Shown one piece after another: positions 1 to 12,444 of a DNA stretch of 64,000 nt. The translations under genes and the position numbers were made by a program. The stretch covers positions 43,710,001 to 43,774,000 of the forward strand of contig OZ024756.1 in the NCBI GenBank assembly GCA_964016885.1, read 5' to 3'. This stretch comes from Eledone cirrhosa (lineage: Eukaryota). The notes below the pieces were generated by a model, which ran no database searches, was not told the origin of the DNA, and saw nothing but the letters and a program-made list of their open reading frames with translations. The first letter of the stretch is position 1. Every line of letters begins with the position of its first letter.

Positions 1-199
1 CAGGAAGCTCTAGCCGACTGTATCAGGCACAAATTGCCCAGTTTGGATGGTCTGCCCTATGTGTTTTATGTAGACATGTTAGACTTGTTTTCTGATGTTC
101 CTGAAGCTGGCTACTGCAACTGGCAGCAGAGCAAGAGAATTGCCAGTTTTGTGAGTCAGAGAGTAGGAATGCTGATGAGGAAAAACAAGAGGTTGGCAC

Positions 200-1880
200 T
201 TGTGAAGAACGTAATAGGGAAGGTGCAAACTTGTGCAATCTAGACCAGATCCAACCATCACCTTATGTGATACATCATAGAGAGGGTATGGAGTAAACCT
301 GGCTTTGGTGGGACTCTGATCAATTTGGATCAATTGAAAGCTGTTGATATGATCAACTATTGATACCTGGAGGCTGCCCTCAAGGCAGCGGGGTTCAGTC
401 CTGTCTTCAGAGGCTGCATTGCTTCAATGCACAGCAGCATCTGCACGGTGGCTAAAGTAAATGGCTACCTATCAGAACCATTCCAGATTACACACCCAGT
501 TCCTCAAGGATGCCCTCTCTCCTCCCTCCTGAATGGCCTGACTTTCGAACCATTACTCTAGAAGCTGAAGCAGTGCATTCCACTCCAACTGGAACATGAA
601 AAGGCTGCATCAGCATATGTAGACAATGTCTCCATGGTTGTGTGGAAAACCTTGGAAGTTGAGGTGGTCAGCAACTTCTTAGAGGAATATGAAAAGTTTA
701 CAGGAATAAAAATCAACCTGGAAAAGTTATTGGATTTTCAGCTTGGCACCTGGAGAATCGAATCCATGCTGCTCAACTGTGTCATCAGATGCTGGATGAG
801 CCAGGGAAGGTGGTTTGTTTTGGTCCAGCCTTCTAGGTGGATAAAAATTAGTGCAAAGTAACAAGCAGGGTGGCCATTCTCACTCAGAAATGGGCTGAGA
901 GGAAACTATCCCTGGAAGGTTGGGCTGTAGTGGTGAATGCATACATCACATCTGCCATCTATTAACACCCGGTCGTCTGTTGCACCCATCTGCACTTTAG
1001 CAAATTGGAGCATCTGCTCTTTAGCTTCTTGTGGAAGGCATAGGTTTCACTGGTGAGGCAGTCCAACTGCTGCCAGCACACTCTACGCAGAGGGCTGGGT
1101 ATTCCATGGCTGATGATGTTACGGCATCTCCAGATATTCCTAAACAGTGAATAAGTGTGATCACTGTGAGACAAGTCTTTCTGCAGCTCATCTCTGAGCT
1201 GCAGTTATGTGTCAAGCGAAGGCAGAGACTGGGAGCCGGGCATCTGGAATTTTGTCAGGCACACACAGCCTTCTAATATTCGGGTCAGTGGAAATTCCAA
1301 ATCAGCGTTCTATAGAAGACTAGTGGTGAGCAAGAGCAATAGCATTTTTGGGGAGAAACTCTTGATATCGACAAAATCAAACCAACTGTTCTGGAGAACT
1401 TTTGAGCCAGGAATTATGCATAATTTCCAGAAATCCCTAGCTTCGCATTGCTATGGGGAACACTGCCTGTTTGAGGCAGACTCTCAAGGCATGGAAGTGC
1501 TATTAGATGTACCTGTCTGAGATGTATGTCATCACAGCAATGAAACCAATCTGCACTCACTCATCCCAGTGTCCAAGCATTGCTGACTTGTGGAGTTTGG
1601 TTGAACAGCTATTGTATATAGGACAGATCTGGTTATCGACCAAGTCGATCGTGAAGATCACCCTGCTGCCATCTTTTGGCTGGGAAAGGCGAGAGCTTTT
1701 CCTCTGACTGAAGGTAGACACTTTCATCTTTGACCAAGCCCTCACCTTTCTTTCCAAGTTCCACTTGGAAAGCAAGGTGAGGAGGAAAAGAAGTGCTGCC
1801 TCCTACTGCATTTGTTAAAAGGTGGATGATTGTAGCGAGTATGGCCCATGTGAATGGGCTACTGCAACCATCCACCTGTA
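200..1880 (+). mobile_element. Decayed L1/Tx1-clade non-LTR retrotransposon (RT and C-terminal CCHC remnants)
   Basis: Interrupted frames read LINLDQLKAVD (~LDQEKAFD), VNGYLSEPF..VPQGCPLS, AYVDNVS (~YADD) and YEKFTGIKINLEK, plus a TCLRC...ET..H...C knuckle near 1510-1575. Many stops and frameshifts. Boundaries approximate. Confidence 0.8.
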
Positions 1881-1972
1881 GGCTGAAGAATTTAGAGAGA
1901 AGGGTGACCTCCTAGGGTGCTCTTAGAGAATAGGAGTGGGGGTTAAGTTTTGTGGGTTTCTGGCGTGCCTCT

Positions 1973-2157
1973 GAGTGGTACTCCCCTCCCACCCCCGAGT
2001 GGTACTCTCCTCCCACCCTCGAGTGGTACTCTCCTCCCACCCTCGAGTGGTACTCTCCTCCCACCCTCGAGTGGTACTCTCCTCCCACCCTCGAGTGGTA
2101 CTCTCCTCCCACCCTCGAGTGTTACTCGCCTCCCACCCAACCCCCGAGCGGTACTCA
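1973..2157. repeat. 24-bp minisatellite, ~7.5 copies (GAGTGGTACTCTCCTCCCACCCTC)
   Basis: Read directly; gives 8-aa periodicity in all six ORF frames. Each unit holds a GAGT-GGT-ACTC mini-hairpin. Confidence 0.95.
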
Positions 2158-2174
2158 GTCTTAGTGGCCAATAA

Positions 2175-2370
2175 AGATTAGCACTAATTGGTAGAGCGTA
2201 GGACACCCTGCTTCATAGTTACATTCTGAGCTCAAATCCTGTCGAGGTTAACTTTGTCTTTCATCCTTACAGGGTTGATAAAGTACCAGTCACGCACTGG
2301 GGTCGATTTAATCGACTTTCCCCTCCCCACCAAAATAGTTGGCCTTGTGCCTAAGTCATAAACAATTATC
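2175..2370 (+). mobile_element. tRNA-derived SINE, family 1 (Meta-domain-like core, (ATT)n tail)
   Basis: A-box-like TTGGTAGAGC, B-box-like G(T/C)TCAAATCC, core CTTTCATCCTT..GGG(T)CGATAAA..AGTACCAG and end GGCCTTGTGCCTAA. More than 15 related copies in the window. Meta-domain assignment is from memory of the consensus. Confidence 0.8.
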
Positions 2371-2371
2371 A

Positions 2372-2413
2372 ATGCTAGCAGAAAACCACCTTCGGGTGGT
2401 TTTCTGCTAGCAT
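2372..2413. other. Perfect 19-bp stem with TTCG loop (putative Helitron 3' terminator hairpin)
   Basis: ATGCTAGCAGAAAACCACC-TTCG-GGTGGTTTTCTGCTAGCAT, read directly. Confidence 0.9.
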
Positions 2414-4166
2414 GTGTAGTGTGTATGTTGATATTATACACAAGTATATATACATGTAGATATGATACATGTGTAGTGTGTATGTTGATATTATACACAA
2501 GTATATATACATGTAGATATGATACATGTGTAGTGTGTATGTTGATATTATACACAAGTATATATACATGTAGATATGATACATGTGTAGTGTGTATGTT
2601 GATATTATACACAAGTATATATACATGTAGATATGATACATGTGTAGTGTGTATGTTTATATTATACACAAGTATATATATACATGTAGATATGATACAT
2701 GTGTAGTGTGTAAATTGATATTATACACAAGTATATATACATGTAGATATGATACATGTGTAGTGTGTATGTTGATATTATACACAAGTATATATACATG
2801 TAGATATGATACATGTGTAGTGTGTATGTTGATATTATACACAAGTATATATACATGTAGATATGATACATGTGTAGTGTGTATGTTGATATTATACACA
2901 AGTATATATACATGTAGATATGATACATGTGTAGTGTGTATGTTGATATTATACACAAGTATATATACATGTAGATATGATACATGTGTAGTGTGTATGT
3001 TGATATTATACACAAGTATATATACATGTAGATATGATACATGTGTAGTGTGTATGTTGATATTATACACAAGTATATATACATGTAGATATGATACATG
3101 TGTAGTGTGTATGTTTATATTATACACAAGTATATATATACATGTAGATATGATACATGTGTAGTGTGTATGTTGATATTATACACAAGTATATATACAT
3201 GTAGATATGATACATGTGTAGTGTGTATGTTGATATTATACACAAGTATATATACATGTAGATATGATACATGTGTAGTGTGTATGTTGATATTATACAC
3301 AAGTATATATACATGTAGATATGATACATGTGTAGTGTGTATGTTGATATTATACACAAGTATATATACATGTAGATATGATACATGTGTAGTGTGTATG
3401 TTGATATTATACACAAGTATATATACATGTAGATATGATACATGTGTAGTGTGTATGTTGATATTATACACAAGTATATATACATGTAGATATGATACAT
3501 GTGTAGTGTGTATGTTGATATTATACACAAGTATATATATACATGTAGATATGATACATGTGTAGTGTGTAAATTGATATTATACACAAGTATATATACA
3601 TGTAGATATGATACATGTGTAGTGTGTATGTTGATATTATACACAAGTATATATACATGTAGATATGATACATGTGTAGTGTGTATATTGATATTATACA
3701 CAAGTATATATACATGTAGATATGATACATGTGTAGTGTGTATGTTGATATTATACACAAGTATATATACATGTAGATATGATACATCAAATAAAATCGT
3801 AATTGACAATATCCACAGAAATTGAACGAAGACTGCGTTACACTGTCTCATGTAATCAGTAACGTAATCCATGATACATTAAAAAAAGACGATATATATA
3901 AACTGCATTAGGAGAAAATTAGTGACGGAAAATTAATGTTTATTTAAGCGATCGCCACCGGAAGTGTTGACATTTGAAAATTTTAAAGAAGTGAATCATT
4001 AAATAAATAATAAAATATATTTAATGAACAGCCACGAAATTTAGCAGATAAATTATGTAATATTCATTCATTATTTGTTCAAAGTAATTCAACTTGTTTT
4101 ACAAAAGGGATAACAAAATAATAAACCATACGCTATCCCGCAGACCTTCCTTTATTATAGTTTAGA
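2375..4166 (-). mobile_element. Non-autonomous Helitron-like element carrying an internal satellite array
   Basis: Minus strand starts A|TCTAAACTATAATAAAGG (Helitron-type 5' TC end, 4166) and ends in a hairpin plus CTAG (2375). No TSD. The 3' flanking base is C rather than the canonical T. Confidence 0.65.
2411..3787. repeat. 57-bp tandem satellite, ~24 copies
   Basis: Unit CATGTGTAGTGTGTATGTTGATATTATACACAAGTATATATACATGTAGATATGATA; 19-aa periodicity in the ORF track; near-identical copies. Confidence 0.97.
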
Positions 4167-4169
4167 TTA

Positions 4170-4600
4170 TGGATTGGCAGAATTGGGTGTCGGACAACAT
4201 GCTTTGTGGCATGCAGTTACGTCCCTTTACGTTCTGAGTTTAAATTCCGCTGAAGTTAGCTTTGCCTTTCATCTTGACGCGATTAATAAAATAAAGTACC
4301 AGATAAATATTGGGGTTGAAAATAGACTTTCCTCTTCCTCTATATTGTTGGCCTTGTATAAAAAATTATTTAAATTGTTAGAAATTATTATTACTGTTGT
4401 TAGAACGTTGGACAAAATGCTTTGTGGTATTTGTCCTGCTTCTATACTTTCTGACTTTAAATCCTGTTGAGGACAACTTGGTCTTTCACCTTTCTGGGAT
4501 TGATAAAATAAACTACCAGTGAAATACTGGGGTTCATAGAATCAACTATAACCCTCCCACCTAATTTGAAATCATGTGGCTATATTAGAAATATTACATA
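4170..4600 (+). mobile_element. Two tandem family-1 SINE copies (a further copy at ~5345-5540)
   Basis: GGATTGGCAG head, CTTTCA(T/C)CT..GATAAAATAAA.TACCAG core and ATTATT tails. Confidence 0.75.
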
Positions 4601-4628
4601 TTGCTGTTGTTTTCTATTTTGATAACAG

Positions 4629-4742
4629 GTGGATTAGATGGTGGAACTATTGCTGGTATCATCCTTGGAGTTATCGCATTTATCATACTTGTCGTTCTTT
4701 TAATTTGGTTCTTTGTAATTCGCAAAAAAGGTGATACAAAAG
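4629..4742 (+). CDS. Host gene exon A: transmembrane segment of a type I membrane protein (xGLDGGTIAGIILGVIAFIILVVLLIWFFVIRKKGDTK)
   Basis: Acceptor aacag| at 4628 and donor AAG|gttagt at 4743, phase 1-1. About 24 hydrophobic residues followed by an RKK stop-transfer. Too short for the ORF track. Confidence 0.9.
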
Positions 4743-5590
4743 GTTAGTGATATACAACTTAGTATATTTAGTGATTTAATGTAAATATAACTACAGGTTT
4801 TTAATTAGAAGTCTTGTTGTGAAGAGAAGGAAGTGTAAGTACATCATCGTTTTTATGTTCACTTTTCCAGCTATCATTGTTTCTGTGATGTTTTGTGACA
4901 GTTTTACATCCAGATGCCCTTCCTGATGTCAACTTTTTTAGTTGACACTTTATTACTTTCACAGCAAGGCTTCTAATTAAACAAATGTGGTTATATCTAC
5001 AATAAATATATTTAACATTTTCAAATATACAGTCCTTAACTTATATTTATCTCATTTTATGTAACTTTCCCTTAAACATCCATTTGACCCTATCAGATGG
5101 TATTGATGGTGCCATGAGAAAATGAACTTGGTCATGCTGTGAAGTGGTTGGCTTTAGGAAAGGCAACCGATGATATAAACCCTGCCAAAATGGAAAGTAT
5201 GAGCAAGACACATTTATCTGACCTACCTGTCTAGCCTCAGAATATAACAACCCATTAAAACCATGAAAGAAGGGAAAATAAACATAAAATGGTTGTGATG
5301 ATGATGTTGTCAATAGCTTGACATTATGTATATATAACAATACATTGGACTGGCAGAGTTGTCAATGTTGAACAAAAACTTGACAGTATTTATTCTAGAC
5401 CTTTACAGAAGTCAGCTTTGCCTTTTATCCTTCTGGGGTTAATAAAATAAAATACCAGTAAAGTACTATAATCAATATAATTAATTTTCTCCTCCTAAGA
5501 TTTCTGGCCTTGTGCCTATGTTAGATACCATTATTATATATCACCTAGAACTATTTTGCCTGTAATATTTTTCTTTCACTAATCTTCTAG

Positions 5591-5624
5591 ATACTAAAGA
5601 AAATGCTGGGCCACCACCAAATGA
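5591..5624 (+). CDS. Host gene exon B: 34-nt microexon (DTKENAGPPPN)
   Basis: Pyrimidine tract with a ctaat branch-like site, ttctag| acceptor and |gtgagt donor. Its phase 1-2 exactly reconciles exon A (phase 1) with exon C (phase 2). Confidence 0.8.
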
Positions 5625-6072
5625 GTGAGTATTTCTTTTCTTTTTTACCTTTTTATCTGAGTAACCCTCAAATTTATATTTCCTTCTACTCAGCTATTTC
5701 TCCTCATTTTTGTCTCATTTACTGCTTTTATAACTTTACTTCCTCCCCAACCTTCACACCCTACCACAACTTATTTGTAGTGTGTACTAACTCTGCTTTT
5801 TGTTCACACCTTCCTCAATTACACTCAATAATATCATACCTATGTTATCACTTGATCAGTTAAAAATAGCACATCTTCCCTCCATTTGTCACATTCCTTA
5901 ATCATATCCTCAGTGACCTTCAGTAGTTTGAGATCAGATCCCTCCTCTCAGGTTGTCCTTGGTCTACCCTTAATTAATAGAAATAACTATTAAGCTGATG
6001 TTTGAAACTTAAGTTAACAAAGTCTCTTCCATAAAATTATGATATAAAGTTTTAATATACGTATAAAAACTT

Positions 6073-6253
6073 TACAGTGAGTACTGGGTACATTTTATCC
6101 AGGCACCAGTACAACCCCTTGCAGAGTGGGGTGGGTACATGTTATCCAGGCACCAACACATACACCTTATAAGGTAGGCTGGGTGCATTTTATCGTGGCC
6201 CCAGTGCTACCACCTTACAGGGTGGGCTGGGTGCATTTTATCATGGCACTAGT
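6073..6253. repeat. Degenerate ~50-bp tandem modules resembling RTE 3'UTR internal repeats
   Basis: About four copies of TACAG...GCTGGGTGCATTTTATC.TGGCACC, similar to TTTACAGTGTGGGCTGGGTGCTTTTT..GTGGCACC in RTE-B 3'UTRs. Confidence 0.55.
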
Positions 6254-6456
6254 AAAATTTTAATGATAGGAATTTTGAGTGAAAAATTCTGCTGCTACAT
6301 TAAATATGGCATTCCTTGTAACTGCTTACAATAAGAAGCTATTAGAAATGGCATGAAAGAGGGGATAGGAGAGGATGAAACTATCACATTGTGTAAGAGG
6401 AAGTATTGAATGTTTTGGTAAAAGAAAGTGATATTATTTTCTGATATGTTTTTCAG

Positions 6457-6511
6457 AAAGGACTACGAAGTTCGAGAAAATGCTGTTTATGCAAAACCTG
6501 TACACCAGAAA
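6457..6511 (+). CDS. Host gene exon C (EKDYEVRENAVYAKPVHQK)
   Basis: tttttcag| acceptor and AAA|gtaagt donor; phase 2-0; two tyrosine motifs. Confidence 0.85.
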
Positions 6512-7151
6512 GTAAGTCTATTTCACACACATTTGTTATTTATCTAACATTAATATTAACAACAGCAATAATAATAATATTTTTTTCTACTTTTGGCACA
6601 AGGCCAGCAATTATCCGAGTGCATTACTGGTACTTTATTTTATTGACCCCGTAAGGGAGAAAGGCAAAGTTAACCTGGTGAGATTTGAACTCAATAATAA
6701 TGTTTTTAATAGCCCCACAGGACTCACATTAAGGAGACAATAAAGACAGTACAGTGTGTCTTTTTTTCTTTTTGTATGAAATAGAATATATAACAGATTA
6801 AGAAAATAAATATTTAAAAACAATTCAAACATAACAAATTCCTCAAAGGTCAGGAGACTGAGGGTTACTCATTGAGAAAGCCCACAAAAGCCACAGTCAA
6901 ACTGACCACTAGGGCAAGTCATAATAATAATTATTTCTACTTTAAGCCCAAGGTCAGCAATTTGGGCTCATTGAATTACAGGATTATACCCGAGTCCTTT
7001 ACTCCGTTATTTTACTTGATATATGTATGTATATGTATATATATGAATATATATGTATATGAATATATATGTATATATATGTATATATATATATGAATAT
7101 ATATGTATGTATATGTATATATATATATGTATATATATGTGTATATGTATT

Positions 7152-7533
7152 CATCATCATCATCAACGTTTAACGTCCGTGTTCCACGCTTGCATGGGTT
7201 TGGACGGGGGTTTTCCCTCTTGAGGCAAGAGTGATTGTCTTGCTCGCATAGGACTGTCTGGCAGGTTTTCTACAGTTGGATGCCCTTCCTAACACCAACC
7301 ACATTTACAGTGTGGGTCTGGGAGGTTTTTACCGTGTTGCCTACACGGCCACATTACAGCGTGGACTGTTTTTTTGTCGTGACACCTACACGATCTCATT
7401 TGTTTCGGCCTGGATGGTGTGGCACCAACATAACTTTACGTAGAAGGGGGCGGTGTGGATGGGTGGTGGGACGGGGGTGTATTTTGTTAGAGATGCCTAC
7501 TGACTGTAGTATGTTTTACTTTGTATTTAGGTA
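7152..7533 (-). mobile_element. RTE family A, 3'UTR-only fragment
   Basis: (ATG)n tail at 7152; matches the 3'UTR of other family A copies. Confidence 0.92.
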
Positions 7534-7558
7534 ATATATATATATACATATATATATA

Positions 7559-8517
7559 TAGAAATAGTGGACAGCTTCCGTTACCTGGGCGACAAAATCA
7601 GCAGTGGGGGAGGGTGCTCTGAAAGTACAGTAGATAGAGTCAGAACTGGTTGGAAAAAGTTCAGAGAGCTTATACCACTATTAGCCGCTAAAGGGTTCTC
7701 CCTAAGAATGAAAGGCAGGTTGTATGATGCCTGCATACGAACAGCAATGTTGCATGGCAGTGAGACCTGGGCATTGTGTGCAGAGGATATACGCAGACTA
7801 GAGAGGAACGAAGATTGCATGCTCCGCTGGATGTGTAATAGTAACATACGTGAACGGCAAAGCATATGCGAACTAAGGAAATAATTAGAAATAAGAGTGA
7901 TCAGATGTTGTTTACTCGAGAGAAGGCTACGTTGGTATGGTCAGGTGATGCGCATGAAAGACGACAGCTGTATAACAAAGTGCAGGGCAATAAAGATAGA
8001 CGGTAGCTACGGAGTAGGCAGACCCAGAAAAACCTGGGACGAGCTGATAAATTCTGACCTCACACACTTACACCTCTCCAAGACAATGTCACTGGACCGA
8101 GACCTTTGGCGGTACTCAGTAATAGAGAAGACTCGCCTTTCCTAAATACAAAGTAAAACCTACTACAGCCAGTAGGCATCTCTAACAAAATACACCCCCC
8201 CCCCCCTCACCCCCCCCCCCCCCCCCCCCATCCACACCGCCCCTTTCAATGTAAAGTTATGTTGGTGCCACAACATCCAGGCCGAAACAAATGAGATCGT
8301 GTAGGTGTCACGACAAAAAAACACACAGTCCACGCTGTAATGTGGCCGTGTAGGCAACACTGTAAATGCGGTTGGTGTTAGGAAGGGCATCCATCTGTAG
8401 AAAACCTGCCAGACAGTCCTATGCGAGCAAGACAATCACTCTTGCCTCAAGTGGGAAAACCCCCGTCCAAACCCATGCAAGCGTGGAACACGGACGTTAA
8501 ACGTTGATGATGATGAT
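7559..8517 (+). mobile_element. RTE family A, 5'-truncated copy
   Basis: DSFRYLGD...RLRWYG...GRPRKTW with one internal stop, followed by 3'UTR and (ATG)n tail. Confidence 0.95.
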
Positions 8518-8528
8518 ATATATATATA

Positions 8529-8884
8529 GGAAAAAGTATGACCCCTTTTTTTAAAAGAGAAAAAAGACAGTAGAGCTGAAGCCGTTTCCGTGGCTATTTC
8601 TGGACTAAATTAGAATTTTAGCCTGGTGCTTAAATAGCCTAACTTGTCAAGGGGGTACTTCCTTATATGGAAAGATTGTAGTTGTCAAGAGGATTGGTTA
8701 AAATTTGTTGTAAACACAAATAAGTCTATCATGGCATTTGGTGGGAGGTAGGGGTGGCTGAACTTGCCTGTAAAACAATGGGGGCTGAGTGGAGCCAGTC
8801 AAGCATAGAATAGGTAAATACCCTAAGTATTGAGTACTCTGGTGCGTTATGGTCCATCTGGTTCCTTACCACAATTCCTTTGTT
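8529..8884. mobile_element. Penelope-like pLTR fragment with inverted arrangement and hammerhead fold on the minus strand (8542-8655)
   Basis: Minus strand: CCCC-TTGACAA-GTTAGGCTATTT..AAATAGCCACG-GAAA-C..GTC. Segment 8821-8884 matches 60000-60063 in + orientation while the hammerhead part is inverted relative to that copy. Confidence 0.65.
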
Positions 8885-8916
8885 ATATATATATATATAT
8901 ATGTATGTATATGGTA

Positions 8917-8962
<46 letters not shown>

Positions 8963-9200
8963 AACGAGGGAAGAGGAATACTGCGTGGTTGCACATGGGT
9001 GACATATTATAAAATTAGTCCCTCATCAGTGATTTGCCAACCATCATTGGTATTTCATCGCATTAAAAATCAGATAACTCAGGTTGGTGAGAGCAATAAC
9101 TAAAATAAGCTATTGGGACAAGTGAATCGCGTAAAGCGAGTGAGACAAGTAAACAACAAGAAGGAAAAGCAAACCGAAGGTCGGAAAACAGCAAGCAACA

Positions 9201-9250
<50 letters not shown>

Positions 9251-9279
9251 GGTAATATATATGTATATATATATATATA

Positions 9280-9322
<43 letters not shown>

Positions 9323-9363
9323 GGTAATATATATGTATATATATATATATATATATATGTATG

Positions 9364-10908
9364 TCATCATCATCACCGTTTTACATCCGTTCTTCCACGC
9401 TAGCATGGGTTAGACGGGTTGTCCTGTTGTGGGCAGTGTCTGGTCGGCTGACCTTGCCTTGCTCATACAGGAACTGATCTGGCTTGATTTCTACAGCTGG
9501 ATGCCCTTCCTAACACCAACCTCATTTACAGTGAGTGCTGGGTGTTTTTTCGTGGCGCCTACACGTCCACTTTACAGTGTGGGCTGGGTGGTTTTTGCTG
9601 TGGCACCTCAACGACCACCTTGCAATGGGGGGTGTGGGGGCATATTGTCTATATGCTTCAGCATGTACCCATGGGAGGTCGGGTACTCTGTATTACTGCG
9701 TGACGCCAGAAGTCACGGTCGTCTGTCATTGTCTTTGAGAGGTGTAATTGGGTAAGGTCGGCTTTTATCACCTCATCCCAGGTCATCTTGGGTCTCCCCA
9801 CTCCGCGGTTTCCATCAACTTCTAGTGCTCTGCACCTTTTTATGCAGCTGTCATCCTTCATACGCATCACATGTCCATACCAGCGCAACCGCCTCTCCTG
9901 CACACAGCATTTGATTCCTCTTATGCTCAGTCTCTCTCTCAATTCATTTATGCTTTGTCGTTCACGTATATTACTGTTACACATCCATCGGAGCATGCAG
10001 GCTTCGTTTCTCTCTAATCTACGTAAGTCTTCCACCTTCAGCGCCCAGGTCTCACTACCATGCAACATCGCGGTTCGGATACACGCATCATACAGTCTGC
10101 CTTTCATTCTGAGGGAGAAGCCTTTTGCCGCTAGCAGTGGTAGTAGTTCCCTAAACTTCTTCCATCCCGTTCTTACCCTAGTTATTGTACTTTCTGAACA
10201 CCCACCTCCGCTGCTAATTCGGTCACCTAGGTAGCAGAAGCTGTCTACTGTTTCTACAGGGCCCTCCCAGAGATTGGTGGTACTTGTTTCCTGTGGCTGT
10301 TTGCTGCCTGCTGTCTCAGCACAGCTGCTGCATGTGAATCCTACATTCTTAATTAAGCTTCCTGAGATCCCGCTACATCTCTTGTGTACCCATTGTTTGC
10401 ATTTGGGGCAGAGAATGGAGTTCCTACCTACACCTTTCCTACATACTGAGCAAGGCCATTTCCCTGAGGGGATCTGGGTTCTGTTTTCTCGTCTACTTAC
10501 AAGGACCTTAGTCTTTGTCATGTTGACTTTGAGACCCTTTCTTTCTAGTCCCTGCTTCCAAGTTTGGAATTTATTCTCTAGTTCTACCATAGATTCAGCT
10601 ATGAGTGCGAGGTCATCAGCATACAGGAGTTCCCATGGGCATCCGGTCTTAAACTCCTCCTTTATTGCCTGCAGGACTATGATGAACAGGAGAGGGCTAA
10701 GAACAGAGCCCTGGTGGACCCCAACCTGTACGCTAAATTCCTCGCTATACTCATTGCTAATCCTAACTTTGCTGACTGCTCCTCTATACATGGCTTGTAC
10801 CGCTTTCACAAGCCATTCATCTACTCCTTGTTTTCTAAGAGCCCACCAGATTACAGCACGTGGAACTCTGTCAAAGGCTTTCTCAAGGTCGACAAATGCC
10901 AAGTAGAG
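9364..10908 (-). mobile_element. RTE family B, 5'-truncated copy (RT with PHD insert, stop at 9658)
   Basis: FVDLEKAFD, GVHQGSVLSP, YADD and C4HC3 motif; distinct 3'UTR; (ATG)n tail. The ORF-track N-terminus is microsatellite read-through. Confidence 0.95.
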
Positions 10909-10936
10909 TATATATGTATATGGTAATATATATATG

Positions 10937-10981
<45 letters not shown>

Positions 10982-10988
<7 letters not shown>

Positions 10989-12000
10989 TTAGAAACACAC
11001 AGATACATGCGGACACACACATATATACATGAATGCATCCGCACCCAACTGTGAGTTAAGGGTGCCAACTTCACCGATGTTGCTCAATGAATGACTGGGA
11101 CAGACCAATTCAGTTGAACTAGACTGAACCAGTATCAGAGTTAAAAATACATTATGAAGAGAGAAGAAACATTTAGATATAATTAGTAATAAAATGTATC
11201 ATACCTAAACTGCTCCTAAATTCCTCAACTACGTAGTTTCGTGGCATAAAGAAAAACAATATATCATAAAGATATAGAGTCCTTGCGAGGTCTGCCGACT
11301 TATCAAGAGGATACCTCATTTTACTAGTCTCAAGAACGCGTCTACACGACGTGAGAAAGAATCCCAAAAGGCGGAGGGGGAGATAGTCACGCGATATAAC
11401 GGTTGAGAAACAGAGCTAAGCCTCTTATAACCCCGAAGAAAATACCACGGAGGCGGAGGGGGTATTTATATCGAGGCCGTAGAAGAGGTGGTGAAGAAGG
11501 CGAGAAGTATGAGTAATGGAAGCTTTCCAGCTGTCCCCACACTTCAAAGATTGCTCGACCAGAGGGAGTTATTAACAATATATTTAGAAACACACAGATA
11601 CATGCGGACACACACATATATACATGAATGCATCCGCACCCAACTGTGAGTTAAGGGTGCCAACTTCACCGATGTTGCTCAATGAATGACTGGGACAGAC
11701 CAATTCAGTTGAACTAGACTGAGCCAGTATCAGAGTTAAAAATACATTATGAAGAGAGAAGAAACATTTAGATATAATTAGTAATAAAATGTATCATACC
11801 TAAAGACGCGTTCTTGAGACTAGTAAAATGAGGTATCCTCTTGATAAGTCGGCAGACCTCGCAAGGACTCTATATCTTTATGATATATTGTTTTTGTTTA
11901 TGCCACGAAACTACGTAGTCGAGGAATTTAGGAGCAGTTTAGGTATGATACATTTTATTACTAATTATATCTAAATGTTTCTTCTCTCTTCATAATGTAT
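10982..12000. mobile_element. Penelope-like element remnant: direct repeat plus inverted partial copy
   Basis: 10982-11209 recurs at 11577-11804, and 11805-12000 is the reverse complement of ~11147-11342. This tandem plus inverted pLTR layout with a hammerhead is typical of Penelope-like elements. Confidence 0.75.
11836..11925 (+). ncRNA. Type I hammerhead ribozyme, U3-A8 core variant (second copy on the minus strand at 11222-11311)
   Basis: Stem I TCCTC/GAGGA; core TTGATAA; stem II GTCGGCA..TGCCAC with a large loop; GAAA; palindromic stem III ACTACGTAGT; cleavage triplet GTC (cut after 11920). The minus-strand copy has GTT. Folded by eye. Confidence 0.72.
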
Positions 12001-12026
12001 ATATATATATATATATGTATATGGTA

Positions 12027-12070
<44 letters not shown>

Positions 12071-12444
12071 GGTAATATATGTATCATCATCATCATCATC
12101 ATCATCATCAACGTTTAACGTCCGTGTTCCACGCTTGCATGGGTTTGGACGGGGGTAGTCCCACTTGAGGCAAGAGTGATTGTCTTGCTCGCATAGGACT
12201 GTCTGGCAGGTTTTCTACAGTTGGATGCCCTTCCTAACACCAACCACATTTACAGTGTGGGTCTGGGAGGTTTTTACCGTGTTGCCTACACGGCCACATT
12301 ACAGCGTGGACTGTGTGTTTTTTTGTCGTGACACCTACACGATCTCATTTGTTTCGGCCTGGATGGCGCGGCACCAACATAACTTTACATAGAACGGGGT
12401 GGTGTGGATGGGGTGGGGGTGGTGGCGGGACGGGGTGTATTTTG

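Noticed and set aside
4809-4834. Candidate microexon ending in gtaagt
   Set aside because: In-frame TGA when spliced to exon A; 5591-5624 fits the phases instead.
8960-9200. Hammerhead at CTGATGAG (minus strand, ~9022-9029)
   Set aside because: No GAAA or stem III follows; at most a truncated Penelope-like fragment.
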